From positions 62,001-126,000 of the forward strand of contig JAPMXV010000032.1 in NCBI GenBank assembly GCA_026936335.1: a stretch of DNA of 64,000 nt, read 5' to 3'. Numbering within the stretch: position 1 is the first letter of the stretch; the number at the start of each line of letters is the position of its first letter. This document shows positions 62,701 through 64,000 of the stretch, in pieces. The notes under the pieces are model-generated. The model was given only the letters and a program-made list of their open reading frames with translations, had not been told where the DNA came from and made no database searches. The stretch is from Mantamonas sphyraenae STR306 (taxonomy: Eukaryota; Protista; CRuMs). The position numbers were made by a program, and so were the translations under genes.

Positions 62701-64000
62701 ATGTCCAGCTCCTCGTCGGGTGATGAGGACAGCAGCGATGCGTTTGTGGCGTGTCAAGTGCACCAGCAACCGCACGTGCGCTACAGGTATGTGCTACGGC
62801 GTCCTTCTTGGTTCTTTCCCGCCACGCAGCACACATTCCACACGCACGTTGGCACACGGAGTTATGGAGGGAAAGCTCACACACACACGGTGCGCACATG
62901 GCTAATAGGCCACGCGGAATGGAGTCATTGGACAAACGCACGTCTGCATGGGTCAAACGACGCGTGGGCGTAGACGACGAGCGCTCCTGGCACCGCCTGC
63001 CACACGGCGTGCGCATGCTCACCTCCATGGGAGCCATCACCCTGTTGGAGCCAACTCGTGAGGGAGGACCTCGCAGCATCGCCTACACAGAGTCCGCGCC
63101 GCTGTTTTGTACCGAGAAGGAGTGGGAGAACGATGTCGCCGACCTTCCGCTCGTTCAAGACGTGCTCACAGGCGACAAGTTTGAACGCAAAGCCCTGGGC
63201 CTCACCTCCCTCGACGACATGCGTGCAGTCACCTTTGAGCTCCTCGAAGAGACCAAGGGCGACATGACTGTTCAGTGCCGTGTCGAGCGTGTGCAAACTG
63301 ACCGCCTGGAGCTTTTCCTCACCGCGCTCCCCGAGGCTCCCGCGTGCTTCCAAAAGGCCTTCACCTTTCAAATCCGCGGCACCTGCCCACAAGAACAGTG
63401 TCTCTCTCCCTACTCCCAATACCGCACCGGAGACACCGTGCGAGCGCGCATTCTGGCCATCCAACACGCCGTCACCACCACCACCACCACTGCCACCACC
63501 AACGACAACGGCAGCGACGCCATGCAGACAGAAGATGACCCACAGGTGCTTTTCAGCATTACAGCAGCGACGTCACACACCTCAGCACGCACTTTCTCCT
63601 CGGCTCAGGACACCCGCGGGTTCAGCGCAAAAACACGCATAGCACACGCCATGCGAACAGGCAGCAATCGGGAGGCATTTCGTGAGCAGCTGGAGGCCCA
63701 TTCAGCTAGCCACACACCCTTCCCCAGCCTCATGTGGCAGACCCGCCTGGGCAACAACGCACCGTTGTCTCTCGTACTGGACCTCACCCAGCGCCTGCAC
63801 AGTGGCACCTACAAGGAGCTGCGCACCCAGCAGAATCTTATGTGGTACACGAAAGAGGTCACCGAGGCGGAGGAGCACATGCAGGACAAGATGTACAAAG
63901 AGGCCGCCGACAAGTTCAAGAGTGCCCTCAGCGTATGGCGTGACACTCCACGCGCATTGCGCGGGCTTGCCCACGCCCATTTGAGCCTCGAGCAGTTTGC
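62701..64000 (+). CDS. TTC14-like protein (S1-like domain + TPR), 3'-partial
   Basis: Intron 62787-62908, then an open frame to the window end. S1-like YRTGDTVRARILAI; YKELRTQQNLMW followed by a TPR (YKEAADKFKSALSV..ALRGLA). Confidence 0.65.

Overview
Gene-dense eukaryotic genomic DNA (GC-rich, short GT-AG spliceosomal introns, intergenic gaps mostly under 200 bp), most consistent with a unicellular protist; I cannot assign the taxon from sequence alone. I reconstructed about 28 protein-coding genes by hand from splice sites. Recognisable ones include pyridoxal kinase, UAP1, a VP39-type cap 2'-O-methyltransferase, D2HGDH, SAE1, Gemin2, two atypical Rab-like GTPases, a MyTH4-FERM myosin, kinesin-5, glucosidase II beta, NDUFB11, aminopeptidase P, 3-hydroxybutyryl-CoA dehydrogenase, ASPM, PCYT2, a JmjC protein and a TTC14-like gene. 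I saw no rRNA, tRNA, CRISPR array or transposon. The most striking candidate system is a secreted class-3 lipase precursor (53285-57303, minus) built as a polyprotein of acidic spacers alternating with cationic amphipathic, antimicrobial-peptide-like modules, with a further acidic+cationic module inserted inside the lipase domain. Other unusual architectures are a METTL5-PSMD5 fusion, a PB1-EF-hand-IWS1/TFIIS-N-UBA protein, a 2TM-coiled-coil-Rab32-type GTPase, a myosin with about 16 IQ motifs and a near-identical 624-bp IQ tandem expansion in ASPM. Several single-base frameshifts look like assembly errors. All family assignments come from motif recognition, not database searches.
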